DNA of 43,601 nucleotides from assembly GCA_026025795.1 (NCBI GenBank), contig JAPEUG010000112.1, positions 1 through 43,601 of the forward strand, in the 5' to 3' direction. This stretch comes from Thelocarpon superellum. Its lineage: Eukaryota. This document shows, one piece after another, positions 1 through 12,495 of the stretch. Position numbers and translations under genes: made by a program. The notes beneath the pieces were generated by a model. It saw only the letters and a program-made list of their open reading frames with translations, was not told the DNA's origin and ran no database searches. Within the stretch, counting starts at the first letter, position 1; each line of letters opens with the position of its first letter.

Positions 1-85
1 AAGAAACGAGCGAACAGCGTTCTCAATGGTGGGAGAAGGCCGTTGCAGAAGAAAGTAGCGCAGCGGAAGGAACGTTGACACTTAC

Positions 86-166
86 AGCTTCGGGCGCCGC
101 CACCGGCGCCGGCGCTTCCTTATAGCTCCCAGGGCCGGGGTGGCTTGCCTCTGGTTGATGAGACAT
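86..166 (-). CDS. Probable first coding exon (MSHQPEASHPGPGSYKEAPAPVAAPEA) of an unidentified gene continuing off the left edge
   Basis: ATG at 166 in CAAATGT context, 27 open codons, then a consensus GTAAGT donor at 85-80. Pyrimidine-rich leader upstream on the minus strand. Product not recognisable. Confidence 0.55.
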
Positions 167-3100
167 TTGGGGATGCGACTGCGCGTGGTCGGGCGTTTTG
201 GTGGAACCGACTAGCGCGTCCCGACGAGCGCCAAATCGGTTGTTGTTAGTCTCGCGGTCGAAGTGGAGCGAGAGGGAGGAAGGAAGGGTTGAGGAAGGGA
301 TGGGGGTGGGGTGCGCCACGGGACTGTGGACGACCCTTATCGATTTAGCCTGGCTTTGGGACGTGGGTGTTTCGCGGCCCCGGTGGAGGAGAATGGAGCC
401 GCCCGCGCAGGTGCGAGAGGCGAGTCGAGTGAAGTCAGGTCAAGTCAGCTCGGTCGCGGCGTGACTGATTAAGAATAGTGGTGCCGCGAATGCTCGTAGG
501 CGAGCGGTGATGGATCGCAGGTGAATAATAAGAATTGCCCAAAGGCGAAAAAGGCGAGGGCGGAGGGTCGTAGCGTCGCCGCAGGCGTGGAGGCCTCGTT
601 ACGCTTGCGTGCGACGTTAGCGTGTCCGTGCGGAGAGCGTGCAGGCGCTGACGGAGTTTGGCGGAGTCGAGGTCGCAAGACCTTGGGTCGTGAGTCGTGG
701 CTCGGGGGTCGGGGGTCGTGGGTCCCTGGGCCTGGGGCGCTCTCCGTACTCGGACTACAGGTAGAGGGCAGACGGTGGACGATAGACGGCCTTGCCACAA
801 GCCGGCAGTTAGGCAGTCCGGGCAGTGTGCGGCAGTTTGGTGCGTGAGCGGCGCGCGGCGCGCTGGAACTGGCGAGTTCTCCTGTGCGCTTAGTAAACTC
901 AAAACACCGAGTCACGTCGGCGTAGCCCTCCACTCTCCGTGCTCTCACTCCAACAATCTCGGCTGTCCCACGACACGAAGGAAGCAGTGTCACCTGCCAA
1001 TCTGGCGCGACGGCGCGATCGGAGCGTCTCGTCACCAAAGGGGCGTCGTCGGGTGGGCTGGGAGACTTGTCCGGTCGGAGGGTCGTGGCCGATCGGTGCG
1101 GTGCAAAGGCAAGTCCAAGGGCGAGTGCGCGCCACCCGTCTCGGACCCCACAACGTTCGGGTCGGGGCGGCGCTGCTCGGCGAGAGAAGCGGCGCACGCG
1201 CGCACACGACGGACTCGACGCGTGGAAGCTGAGGTGGAGCGATGCGGTGCGTGGCGCGCCCGGTCGCACCAGGTCAAATGTCGTTGATGCGACGTGCGTT
1301 TGCTCGTCTCGACGATCGATGTTGATGTTGACCCTTTACTTGGCCGATGTCATTGGCCGGCCGTCGTGGTCGCTGGACGCGCGCGAGGCAGGGATGGGGT
1401 GGTGGCCGTACGCACGAGGGATGTGCAACCCAGCGCCGTCAAGCGATCGGGTAAGCGGCGGGGGTTGGGGGGATTACCAACTGGCCTAGCACGCTGCCGA
1501 CCGTATCCGCGGTCGTTTCCAGCCTTGATGCCTGCTCGCGCGCCCACTTTCAGCCAGACCGTGGGGTTGCGCACGACGAACGAGGCTGCCGTGCTCGTCG
1601 GCGATCGGCCGTTGCTGCGGGTTCGAAAAAATTTCCGACGTAGACGGCGACCCGAAGGCTATACGTCGATCCCGATGGGTCGCTTGCTGCACCTGCACTG
1701 CGGACGGGGCGTGTTGCTGCTGCGAGCTAGGGTGCGGGTGGAGGCCAAGCGCGCCCGGACGGAGGCGACGGCGAAAGGGAAAGGGAAAGGGCCGTGGTGT
1801 GTCGGCGGCCTGAAGCAAGGACTCCGGCTAGCGCGGGCTATAATGGTGTCAGCCAATCAGCCTCGATTCTCGCGATAAGCATCGGGGGTGGGCGGCGCGG
1901 GCAGGTTAATGCACGCTGTGTTTCAGCCTGCTGCTCGCCAAAGCGTGCAGCCAGGAAAAGGGCGTGGGTGCGCGAGGTAAGCGACATGGCTCGGTATGAC
2001 AGGGACGTGGCTTGCAGGACGAGAATGCTCGCCCGCAGTCCAGCGCCAGTGCCAGGACCATTGCCAGTGCCAGTGCCATGGAACCATGGAAATGCCAGGG
2101 TGCGGGTCTCCCCGGGCGTACACAGAGCTCGGGGGGGCCGAGAGGGTGGGGAACGTGCAAAGGTGCAAAAACGAAAGAGTCGGAGGAAAGATTTCGCTGC
2201 AGCGACCGGCGCGGACGGCGAGGCGGACGAGCAGGCTCGACGCGACCGACGCCCCGATGCACGTCGTGTGGGTCGCGGAACGTGCTGCGACCCACCGCTC
2301 CTGGCCATCGCGCCATCCTGGTCGACAGGCAGGTTCGGTGGCAGGGATCAGAATGAGAATGCGGAACCCAAACTTGACAGGCGAGCAGCGAGAGACGAGA
2401 GACACACATGCGCCGGTGCAGGCAGGCCAGGCGGTCAGGGCACCCTGGGACGTCGGACGTCCAACGTCCATTAGGACGCCTGTCGTCGCCGAATGCACTG
2501 TACCGTCCCGTACCGTACCGCAAGAAGGATAAGGCTGAGGGAATGGGCAGAGGAATGATACGTGCGACCGCTTGATCGCGGCCCTTGGCTCCCCCAAAAT
2601 GTGGATGCTAGACGTACCCTTGAGACGTGGTCTGGTTCAATACCGGTACCGACCAGGATGAGGACCAGGTCGCGCGATCGTAACCTGGATGCAGGATGGT
2701 CTGCTGTGGCCGACTCAGTCCATATGTCCGCCGCTGCAGGTTCTCGGACCTCGTGCGAACGCAGACAACGAGGCTCGTCCGCGCGATGGCAAGAAGTTCG
2801 TCTCTCTCCCAAGCGTGTGCGCCGGTCGAGAGATCGAGGGGACCGAGGCACCGGCAGGCTTGCTGGAAGGGGCGAGGCTCGTGCTCGTGCAAGAAAAGCC
2901 GATCAGCACCGTCCTGGTGCGAAAAAAATGCCCGGGTCGAACGCGTGGGTTGACGAGGTCCGGTCGGTGGACGCGTATGGGCAAGGCCCAAGGAACGAGG
3001 GTGCGAGCGCTGACGGATGGCGCGCAGGATGAGGCACGTAGAGCAGGCTTCCCAGTCTCAAGGCAGGGAAGGTGAGCGATCCCCGCGAAATGGACGAGGT

Positions 3101-6100
3101 CGCCGAGGGTAGATCGTGGGCCGTGGAAGGCGACCCGGGCAATGGGAGGAGGTCTGGGACGCGTCAGATCTGCGGTCTACGTCCTTGTGCAAAGCGCCGG
3201 TAGGATGGCGCCTAGATCCGCTGCCGGCCGCGGAGCGACACTCACAAGTGAAGAGGGTTGGAGAGGTCCAGGGCAACAGCACCACGAGCGCAGCGCACGA
3301 CCAACCTCGCGCGGTCAACGACGTCGAGCGTGGATGAGTGGTGTTGACGATGACCTCGTGGCTCCCAGGGGATCAAGGATCTTTACCTGGGCCCGCGGCG
3401 CTGTACTGCATCGAGTAGGGTGCTGGCGACTGGCTGGGGGCCCGCGACCAGGATAGCTCTTAAGACCGCCAAAGTTCTGGCTCGACTCGGCGCGCGTGTG
3501 GCCGGGGGCGCGATAGCAGGGACCACGGATTATACCTGCGCTACAAGTCCAAGCTTGCTAGGCAGCCGGAGGTACGGAGCGTCGAATGCTAGCCGGATGA
3601 GTTGTAACTATCATATTTGTACGAAATAAAGTGCACGCTTTTCGGGCCTTGCACTAGGTCTGACTCGCCCTCTGTCGTGTTCACGTTACTCCTACCGTCC
3701 TCCGACCCTCTGCCTCGCTGTGGCCCAGGTAAGTGTGAGTTGGGGGGATTCCCCGGGTACGCCTCGTACCTGTGTTGGGGGTCTGCCTCGCATGCAAGTA
3801 CCAGTCCTCGTAGCCCCAGGCATTGGTCGATGCCGCGGAAGCACGCCGGACAAGTGGCTTGGAGCGCTACGCCGCCGCTGTTTACGATTTTGCCTGCGGG
3901 CACGGGCACTGGCACTGGCACGATAAATGGCTAACGCTGGGCCCACGCACCGTTGACACGGTAGAGGACGCAGAAAAGGCGTAGCGGCCCCCTTTGCCCT
4001 CTTGATTCGGCGGGCCCGCAGGGCGCGCGCAGGCTCGCTCGAAACGGGTCCGAAATTATTCAGTCACATCCGGGCGGATGCATCGTCACGGAGATGAAAC
4101 GACGGGTATGACCTTTGTGTACGTACAGTGTCAGTGTCACCCAAGACCCGAGGTTACGGTCGGTATGGCATGACCACCTCCGGCCTTGGCAGGCACATGA
4201 CACGCCCGCTACGCTCCATGGTGCGTGTGGTCCGACTGCCGTCCGGTGCTGGCGGACACGCTGGTGGGTTGGTAGGTTGGTGGTGCTGGTGTTGACGCGG
4301 GCCCAGCCCGCCCAACGCCCGGACCCTTCAACTTTGTGGCCAATCGGCCGTCGCAGTCAACTTCCCTTTCCACCTCCTGAGGTCATGCCCCCTTCCTCGT
4401 TCCTGGCCCCTCTCCACCCCGGGGCCCCCGGCCGGCGGTCTCGCCTAGCCGAGTCAGCGTGCTCGCAGGGATTATGGCGGGAGCTTCTTGCAAGGCTGCA
4501 CAACCGACCGCACGATCGGCCCCTTCGTGCTGAGTCGGTGGCGGCAGATCACGGTGAGAAGGTGGGCGACACCTCCGTCCCAGGCACCATGGCACCATGA
4601 CTCTACTACCGACCCCAGCAAGAGCCGCGCCCCACGTGTCCTCCTTGGAGATCGTCGCGCCCGTGCACCTGGGCGCTCTCAACCGAGATTGGGCTCGCCG
4701 CGCTGCCGTTCGCTTGACGCGGCATGGAGTGGTTGGTGGAGCGATCGTCATGGTCCGAATATCCTGTGCGGCGACCTTCCATTCCAGGGTATCATACGGC
4801 CGACAAAATAGCGCGGAGAACTCGCAAAGGAATATGTCGAGGACTGGGCTCTGTCATGCATCCACCACTATTCGAAACGGTGACAGCGAGAAATCGTCAT
4901 TTCTCCAGCCCAGCCGCGTTAGCATGACGTGATAATGGAGGGACATCTCCGTCTCGATTGTAAGGACGAGTGTCAAGTTGCATGATTTCGGCATGAGCCC
5001 GCCGAAACTCCCAACAGAAAAATCTCCATACGCGTGGGTCGGTAGCTATCAATCACGTCTCACCCGAATGTCAGCCGTCAGTGGAGTCATTCGTGTGTGG
5101 CGGCTCCGCCCCGATCGTATCTCCAAACCATCACCTCCGTAGATCGCCCTGGGCCCGAGACCACGTCAGTGGATGACTTGGAGGAACCATATCAGCGTTG
5201 GCGTGCCTGCGCGGCGTCGAGGCAAACCGTGCCGTAGGAGACGGTGCGATAACAGGGAGTACGAGTAGCGCAACATGCGAGTACAAGTATCTTCCAAGAA
5301 CCACCGGGCGTTCCGGCCGAATTGCATCCCCATTCCAGTGGAGGTGCAGCCGACGATCGATGCCGCTGCCGAGAAGGGGGCTCGGTCGGGGGACAATGGC
5401 TATTGTGTGCAGACGCGAAAGGGCGCTGGCAGGATGCGGAGACTCTTCGATCGACAGTACAACTCCCCCTTCATCAAGTAAGAAACGCCATCCAACGGGT
5501 CTTTGATACACCGTGTGCGCCGAGTGCATCGGAACGGCAATGCATAGCCGGGTGCACGGTCCACCTGAAACCTCTCAGGTGCCGGCGTCGTCGGCCGCCA
5601 GCCAGCCGTGTGGCGCATGCCCACCCTGCAATCATGCCAATCAACCCTGGCCCCACATCCTGCTCACCAGTCGGATCGCCCTTCCTTGCTTCCCGCTCCT
5701 TCCTTGCTGGTGTCCGTCCACGACAGGGTCCCCGGACCCGCCCGGCCTAGCACGACGGGAGGGACTTGACGTGGGTATGATGTTGTATGGGTGTGTGGGT
5801 GTGCGAGCATGAGGGCCCGAGGGTCCAAGGGCGCGCCGTGGGAAGTGCCGCCCCCAACATTGTCTACTTGAAACGTAGCTAAAATCGAGCGAAGCGCTTC
5901 GGGTTAAGGAAGAAACGAAGGAAATTGCCATCTCCACCCGCCGGAGCCGGACATGATCCCGTCACGTCATTGGCAATGCTCTCACCCACCGGCCAAGCGC
6001 CACGATGCGCGATGTAGAACGGTCTCTGCAACAACCAGAGCCAAAAGGCCCCGTAGCTGGCTGGTTGATGGCCAGACAGCGGCCACCTCGTCACGCCATC

Positions 6101-7446
6101 TCGTATGTCGTCGGCGCACACTGCCCAATCCACGGCCTTGAGCTCGCTATGGAGAGGACCTTGCAAAGCGGCGATGGCCCTCTCGACGGTGCTTGAGACC
6201 CATGACAGAAGGGTCTACGACGAGTCAGGCCAATGGCGTGACGTGGCCGAGCTCAAGCGTGAGATAGGATTACTCGTACGAGTATGAGTTCTCAGCCGTT
6301 TAACATTTTGAAGCATGTGAAGCCACCCATCGCTGATGGTATCAGACCACTGCCCGTGCAATGGGCGAACAGCAGTTGTACCCTGAGTGCGGCGCCAGTA
6401 GTCGAAACACCGTACAAAGAGCTTTTCCCGAGAAATTGATCCACCATGGAGGATTGTGCCAAGGCCTACCCATCTCACGGACGGACTATCCGAGGCGGCC
6501 AAGTCGCGCAAACACATTCTCGGCCCTCTTTGGCTCTCTGGCTTCCTAGGCAGATAAACAATCTCCGGTTAAAACAGTATCGACGACGGCGCCGCCATAC
6601 GTGGCGTGGCTGATCAGGTGCCCTTTTTACCTAATGAGAGGATCACAAGCGTGCCGGAGAGTCAAGCTTCGGGTGCTTAGATGGGGTTTTGGTTTGATTT
6701 CGCGCTTATGCACGTTCAGGTTTCAGCCGAGCCGGGCTAAGAGATGGGGCCAAACAATTGCCCGAGTATAGAAGTAATGGATGCGTCAGCCTCTTCACGG
6801 TCGAAGCGAAAATCACGTGATCATCATGTCGTAGGTAGCGATTACTGGTCATATTATTATTGCGCAGTAGGAATACAGCATAGATAGTACTACTAAGGCT
6901 GATGTTAACTGTCGCAACTCTGCTTGGGTCTCCCCATACGAAATATATGGAAACCCCTAAAGCGGCAATTCCCACTAAGCTTTCCCATGACCAGCTACTG
7001 ATTATGTCATGTTTCAACAGGTCAGAATGTGGCTCATGAAGAATCCCTGGGCGAGAGCGTCGTCCACTTGCTTCTCTTCATCCTCGTATCGACTGTGTAT
7101 TTCAGGTTTGGTGCATCCGAACTGCAGCGCGTGGAGGATAAAATAGCGATAGATGTGGCAGATTTTCGAATTCAAAACGCTCGCTGGTGCGTGGTCGTCC
7201 GCAAAGACAAAGCCGCCCCAACTTGGATGCCAAAATCTCGAACGTAAAACCATCTTTAAGCGCCTGCGAGTAGATCTATGGGATTCCAAAGGCCGAAATT
7301 GACGCTCGCTGCTGGCGGAAATCAATGTCATCTGAGGCGCCCTGCGCCCTGGGGCTCGAGATGTCGCCATCTTTTATCGGGCTCCGCTCATGTAACTTGG
7401 ACCAGTCAGTGACCGTAGGAAGGCGGGTCCCGGAGGTAGAAGCGTA

Positions 7447-9701
7447 CTACTGTGGGTCGGGCTTGGCCGAGGGTTTGCCAGACAAGTCACTCGGAGGAGC
7501 AGCGGTCTCCTTGCCATCGCGGGATCGTACTGGATGCACGTGGCCAGCGTTCGAGCCATCGTCGTCCGTCAAGGCGTCCTGGCTCGGATCTGAGGTCACA
7601 CTGGGCGGGACGTAGTTGGTCTCCTTCTCGGGACGATCATGAGACGCGCCATCGCCGTCCTCGGTCTTGCGGCGATGGCGATCTCGGTCTCGGTCCCGGT
7701 CCCGGTCCCGGTCCCGATCGCGATCACGGTGCTCCCGATCTTGTTTGTCTGGGTTGTAGCGCTCATCTGATGGTGACAATGTCAGCAGTGGGCATGGGAA
7801 GAGGCGATGGCGTCAGCTATACCTCGAATCGCTTGGGTACGAGCTGCAAACTTCTCAATCTCTTCTCGGGTAAGCACGCGCAGGACGATGACATGGTCAA
7901 GTCGTTCTTCATAGCGTTCGTGTGCCTCATCTAAGGCGGCGGGGTTCACCAGCTTCCGATCGATCTTGGTCCAGCGGGCGCCAGGCGGAATGCCCTTCTT
8001 CCCATCCTTGAGCGCCTCCTTCAGCGGGGCCACCCCTTCTCGAATCGGTGCGGGATCCTCGGGGAATTTCTCGCGCGGCTCGCGCAAGATGCCTTTGACA
8101 GGTGTCTTTCCCTCTTTCTCTCGCGGGGGCGAGACCACGCGAACGTGGTCGGGACGCTCGACGCCACGGTCGGCATCGACTTTGGACTTCTCGCGCTCCT
8201 GCGGCTCGCGGCCGCGGAGGTCGACAAAGTTGGGATCGTTCACACGGCTCTCCTTGCTGGCAACGTCCCGCTCCCGCGGCCGGCGGTCTCGGCCCTCTTT
8301 CCGCGATCCGTCTCGGGCGAGCGCGCCGTCCTGGTCATCTCGACCTCGAGGCTCCTTGCCACGACCATCTTTGTCGGTGGGGTCGCGCTCCCGCAACGGC
8401 GGCGCTTTCTCATGCCCATCTCGCTCACGATTCTCGCGCTCTCGTCGGCGGGGTGTCAACGGCTCGCCATCGGCGTCTCGGTGACGATGACGGTGACGGT
8501 GACGGGCGCGCGATGGATCATCCCCTTCGTCCGAGTAGGAGTCCGAGCTGGGATCGTGCGATCGTGGAGGGATTTGGGTATTGATGCCGTATCCTCGGGC
8601 CTCGACCCGGTCGCGGTACGGCGGCTCGTAGCGCGCACGGGGGTCAAATTCGTCCCGGTAAGGCGACAAGGTCTCGTCACGGTCGTGGTGAAGAACGGCG
8701 GGCTTCTTTCGCGCCGGTCGAGGCGCGGAGGTCGGAGAGCGGTCGCCGTCTCGGGCGCCGGCGCTAGGATAGTCGTAGTGCAAATCGTCGACGGCGGCGG
8801 GATCGCGGGGGTCGATGACAGCCGGTTTCCCTGGGACGGCCAGGCGTGGAAGGCCGCGGCTCGCAGGTGGCAAGTGTTCCTGCCCACTGACCGAGCGCGG
8901 GAGTGCACCTTCCAGCGCGGCCATGCTCAGCGGCCGGTCAGCGCGCATCCCCGTCAGGCTCTCGCCGCGTCGACGGGTTGCGGCTGGTTCGCGATAGAAG
9001 GTCTCGTGGGGATCGGTGTCTCCATAGCCGTAGCCCCCATGGGCGTCATATCTATATCGACCGTCCCCGTCACCATCCGGGTGGCGGACGAGCGGCCCGC
9101 TCAGGTAATATCCTTTGCGCTCTCCTGCGACGCCCGAGCTTCGATAGCCTCCCCGGTCCGCCTGTCGATCTCGCAAATTCTCATGAGGGCCATCAATCTG
9201 CCGCGCGTATCGTCCTGATTCTGGCGCGTCAATGCTGTAAGTTCCACGCCGGTGTCGGGGCCGGGAGGATGCCGGGGTGATGTAGTAGTCACCCTCGTTG
9301 TCGGAGGTGGGATATCGTTTGGAGTACGGACTTGTCGGGCCTTCGATGCCGGCGCTATGTACCACCGGACGCATCGCGGAGGGAGGAATATTGGTTTGAA
9401 TGAAAGGTCGGTGCGGCCCTCCTTCGGGGTCCAGCGTCGACCGACGCGGACGGTTGTAGCCACCTCTCGCCGTGGGAGACGGGGGGATGTGGTCGGCATA
9501 GCCTCGAGGCAGCGGGCGCTCTGGGTAGAGGAGACGTTCTCCGCTCTGACGAGGAGATGTGACGGCTTCGCGCGAACTTCGTGGGGGAGGATAATACGGA
9601 TCGTAGGCGGGGTAGATAGTTCCCGCCGACTGGCTGAGCGGATTGACCATACGACGACCGCCGGGCGGCGAACCCGGGCGGCGATAACGCTGTGATTCCA
9701 T
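7447..9701 (-). CDS. Conserved fungal Arg/Asp/Pro-rich protein of unknown function; exons 9701-7823 and 7766-7447
   Basis: 639-aa ORF. Intron 7822-7767 (GTATAG..GCTGAC..CAG, 56 nt) joins it in frame to the DERYNPDKQDREHRDRD exon. The block PVKGILREPREKFPEDPAPIREGVAPLK...GIPPGARWTKIDRKLVNPAALDEAHERYEER..VIVLRVL resembles a conserved Pezizomycotina domain of unknown function (from memory, not searched). Confidence 0.8.
7684..7725. repeat. (CGGTCC)-type hexamer repeat encoding an RD dipeptide tract in the last exon of the 7447-9701 gene
   Basis: tcggtctcggtcccggtcccggtcccggtcccgatcgcgatc; the minus strand reads RDRDRDRDRDRDRDR. Confidence 0.85.
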
Positions 9702-12302
9702 GGGCGTTCAGCGGCCCCCGTCGGCCTGACCGTGCCGCGTCGTGATCAGACAAAGGGAGTGCGTGCAGGTGCGTGCAGAATGGAAGGGGTAGTCAGTGCT
9801 CTGTCCGAACAGTGTTCTTCACTGGTTGACCCGCCGGGTCGGTCGACAGAGCGAGTTCGACTGGAGATGAGCAGTGACGATGGCCGAGCGACGCAGGAGC
9901 GAACTCAACGCAGAAGATCAGGGTGATGCACTAGGAAATACAGTGCTGGGAAGACTCAAGACTCGACACCGCGAGCGGGTAGGGACAGGGCGACCGAGCC
10001 ACAGCCTTATGCGAGACTGGTGATGTCGTCCTTCACCGACGGAACTAGTGCGGCCACGCGACGGTCGGCTCAGAGAAGTGCTGGAAGCGTCGGTGAGGGA
10101 AGGGCAGCCGTCGGTAGGCGCAGTCGACGTTGCTTTGAGGCAGCCTCGAGGCCTGTGGGACACCGAGGGAATGACCAATGGTATGGTGCCAGTACTAACA
10201 TACTCGTAGTACCAGTACCAGTCTTCCTACCGTTTCCACGGTTCGTCGCCGGCCGTAGGTGATTTCCAACGCCCCGTTTGTCGGAATTTCCCCTCCCTAA
10301 CCCCGCCAAAGGGCGAGTAAGACGACTAAGCTCGCCACAGCCGAGTACTATTCCAGCTCCTCGCGCCGCGGACCGGGGAGCCATGACGAGATCTCCACCG
10401 GTACCCATGCCTCCATCGATTGTTTCAATACTAGGGTCGAAAAGCGCCATCTTCATCCGCCGTTTCCAGAAGAATCCTGAAGACGCGACGGTGCATTATT
10501 GCCTCCACACCACGTGTGGAGTGTGCCACCCAGATGCCCAAGAGATCGCAAATGGAGCATTGTCTCCGGCTCAGATACCGTGTCCTTCCTCCTACATGCG
10601 GCAAGACATGGAAACCGTCGTCTTGCGCCCTTGGCGAACCACCTGATGCTTGGTTCGCATGTGTTCATCTTCGGTACATCTTCATGGTTGTCCAGTAGTC
10701 GTGACGTTGAGTACAATACATGCATATCCCAAAGCCTCGTAAGGCCTCGTAAGGGCTCACCCAGACGACGCCATGCCGTCGCGAAGGTGGATCCATCCTT
10801 CACCGGATGTAGGGTAATTTGGTTACGAGGTGAGCTGTGTGAGCTCTATGAGTCAGGACCCAAGCCTGCCAGACAGGTGATTCGGAAAAACTCTGGGCGA
10901 CGGATACCTCGTCGATACGATGAGAGACTCCATTGTCAGGTGCACAGACCATTCGCCTCTTTCGCGTCACGTGTTTCTGGCACAAAGTGTCTTTGGCCGA
11001 TTCCTGCTAGATGATCCGAACTGGAGCTGCTTTGGATCTACTCTGCACAGACAGCTTTGATGTTGGCAGGCACACTGTGACTCTTGGAGGATATCTCTCA
11101 GTTCATCCTCCTACCTAGAACTTGTGTTCTGCCAGTGGACCAGCAATATGCAATCACATGTCACTCAGTGCGCAAATGTGCAAGATACTCTGCACTGACA
11201 TGCATGTACTAGATCATGGGTATTACATGCATCACAATCGCCTTCAGTATCAGACAAGGAATACTGACACCATGATAATGCCCAAGCATTTCATCATGTC
11301 CTCGTTTTGGGTGAAGATGCTTAGCCTTCTCAGCGCCCGACCTTTCATTCCATGTGCCTGAACATTGGCCTTGAGTCACGATAGGGCATCACTGCAGAAA
11401 CATTCGGTCTGTGAAGGGTCATCCAGGGGACTGTTGAACTCCAAATACCGTCGATCTGGTGAGGCAGGCTCTCTACACAACCAATCCCAGACTTGAACTG
11501 GTTACACCCATCTCTCCCTGTATCGCATCAGCGCTGTACTTGTGGCTCTCATATGTTAGCGGTACGCAGAGGTCCTCTCACGGACGAGGGAGTGCGGGTG
11601 CTGCCCCGCCAGCACCATTCGTAGCCCGTAGCGGCCCAGGTGGGCGCTTGTCACCTTTCAGTGTCCTGCGGCAGAGCCTTGATGCACAACGTGTGTGCAG
11701 AGATGCGAATGTTGTGCAATAAGCTGATAGGTGACCAATCACGAGCACGACTGGTACGTCCGGGGTCTGCGCTCGTCCGTACGGTCGGAACGAGTCTCAC
11801 GGACGCTCCGATACCGATAGCGCCGAAGCAATGGGTTGTTGCGGGATTACTCGCCGTCGGAGGTGGCAGGCTGGGTACAAGAAGGGCGGACGAGAGCTGC
11901 AGCGCCGTCTAAATTCGGCGAATCGAGCCAATCAGATGGCGAGCGGGCGGAGCTAGGCGGTCGGCTAAGCCATGACAACAAACAGAACGCGAGGCGTGTT
12001 GCCAGCCCAGACACCCCGGAAACGGAGCGGAGGAGCACATCCCCGTAACGAGTGGTCGACGCTCGTACCATACAAGTACGTGGTCAGGTCAACGCCGACA
12101 GCGCGAGCGCAATCGCTTCCTCCCTCCCTATCGCCTTCCACCGCTTGCCGTCTCCTCGTCTCTCGTCTCTCGTCTCTTCTCCTCTCCAGCTGACCATCCG
12201 AACATCCGAACATCCGACCAATTCACCCGCTGTCCAACCCCGTGGCCTCCATCCATTCCAGCCTGCCTGCATTGCTGCAGTTCTGCCTCACGGCTTCATT
12301 GC

Positions 12303-12347
12303 ATGAGACTCGCACCCCACCCATTCACCAGACTGAAAGCCGAGTGA
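12303..12347 (+). promoter_or_regulatory. Short upstream ORF (MRLAPHPFTRLKAE*) in the putative hex-1 leader
   Basis: Only ATG between 11975 and the first hex-1 intron; 14 codons plus TGA. Whether it lies inside the transcript is unknown. Confidence 0.35.
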
Positions 12348-12495
12348 TAGAACGTGTTGCTGGCAACTCGTCAACTTCACCTTCTACCTCCCCTTTCAGA
12401 CTTTCTTCTGAAGACAGTCCCTTCTTGTCTTCCTTTCGAATTGTTACCATAACGGTTCGAAAGGCATTCGAGAAGAGACCCCCCACGTCTTCAAG

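Noticed and set aside
8145..9218. 357-aa plus-strand ORF
   Set aside because: Antisense shadow of the 7447-9701 gene; its hydrophobic composition is the expected mirror of an Arg/Asp-rich frame.
10278..11361. Short Cys/His-containing ORFs in a lower-GC stretch between the 7447-9701 gene and hex-1
   Set aside because: No recognisable domain, terminal repeats or consistent exon chain; cannot support a gene or transposon call.
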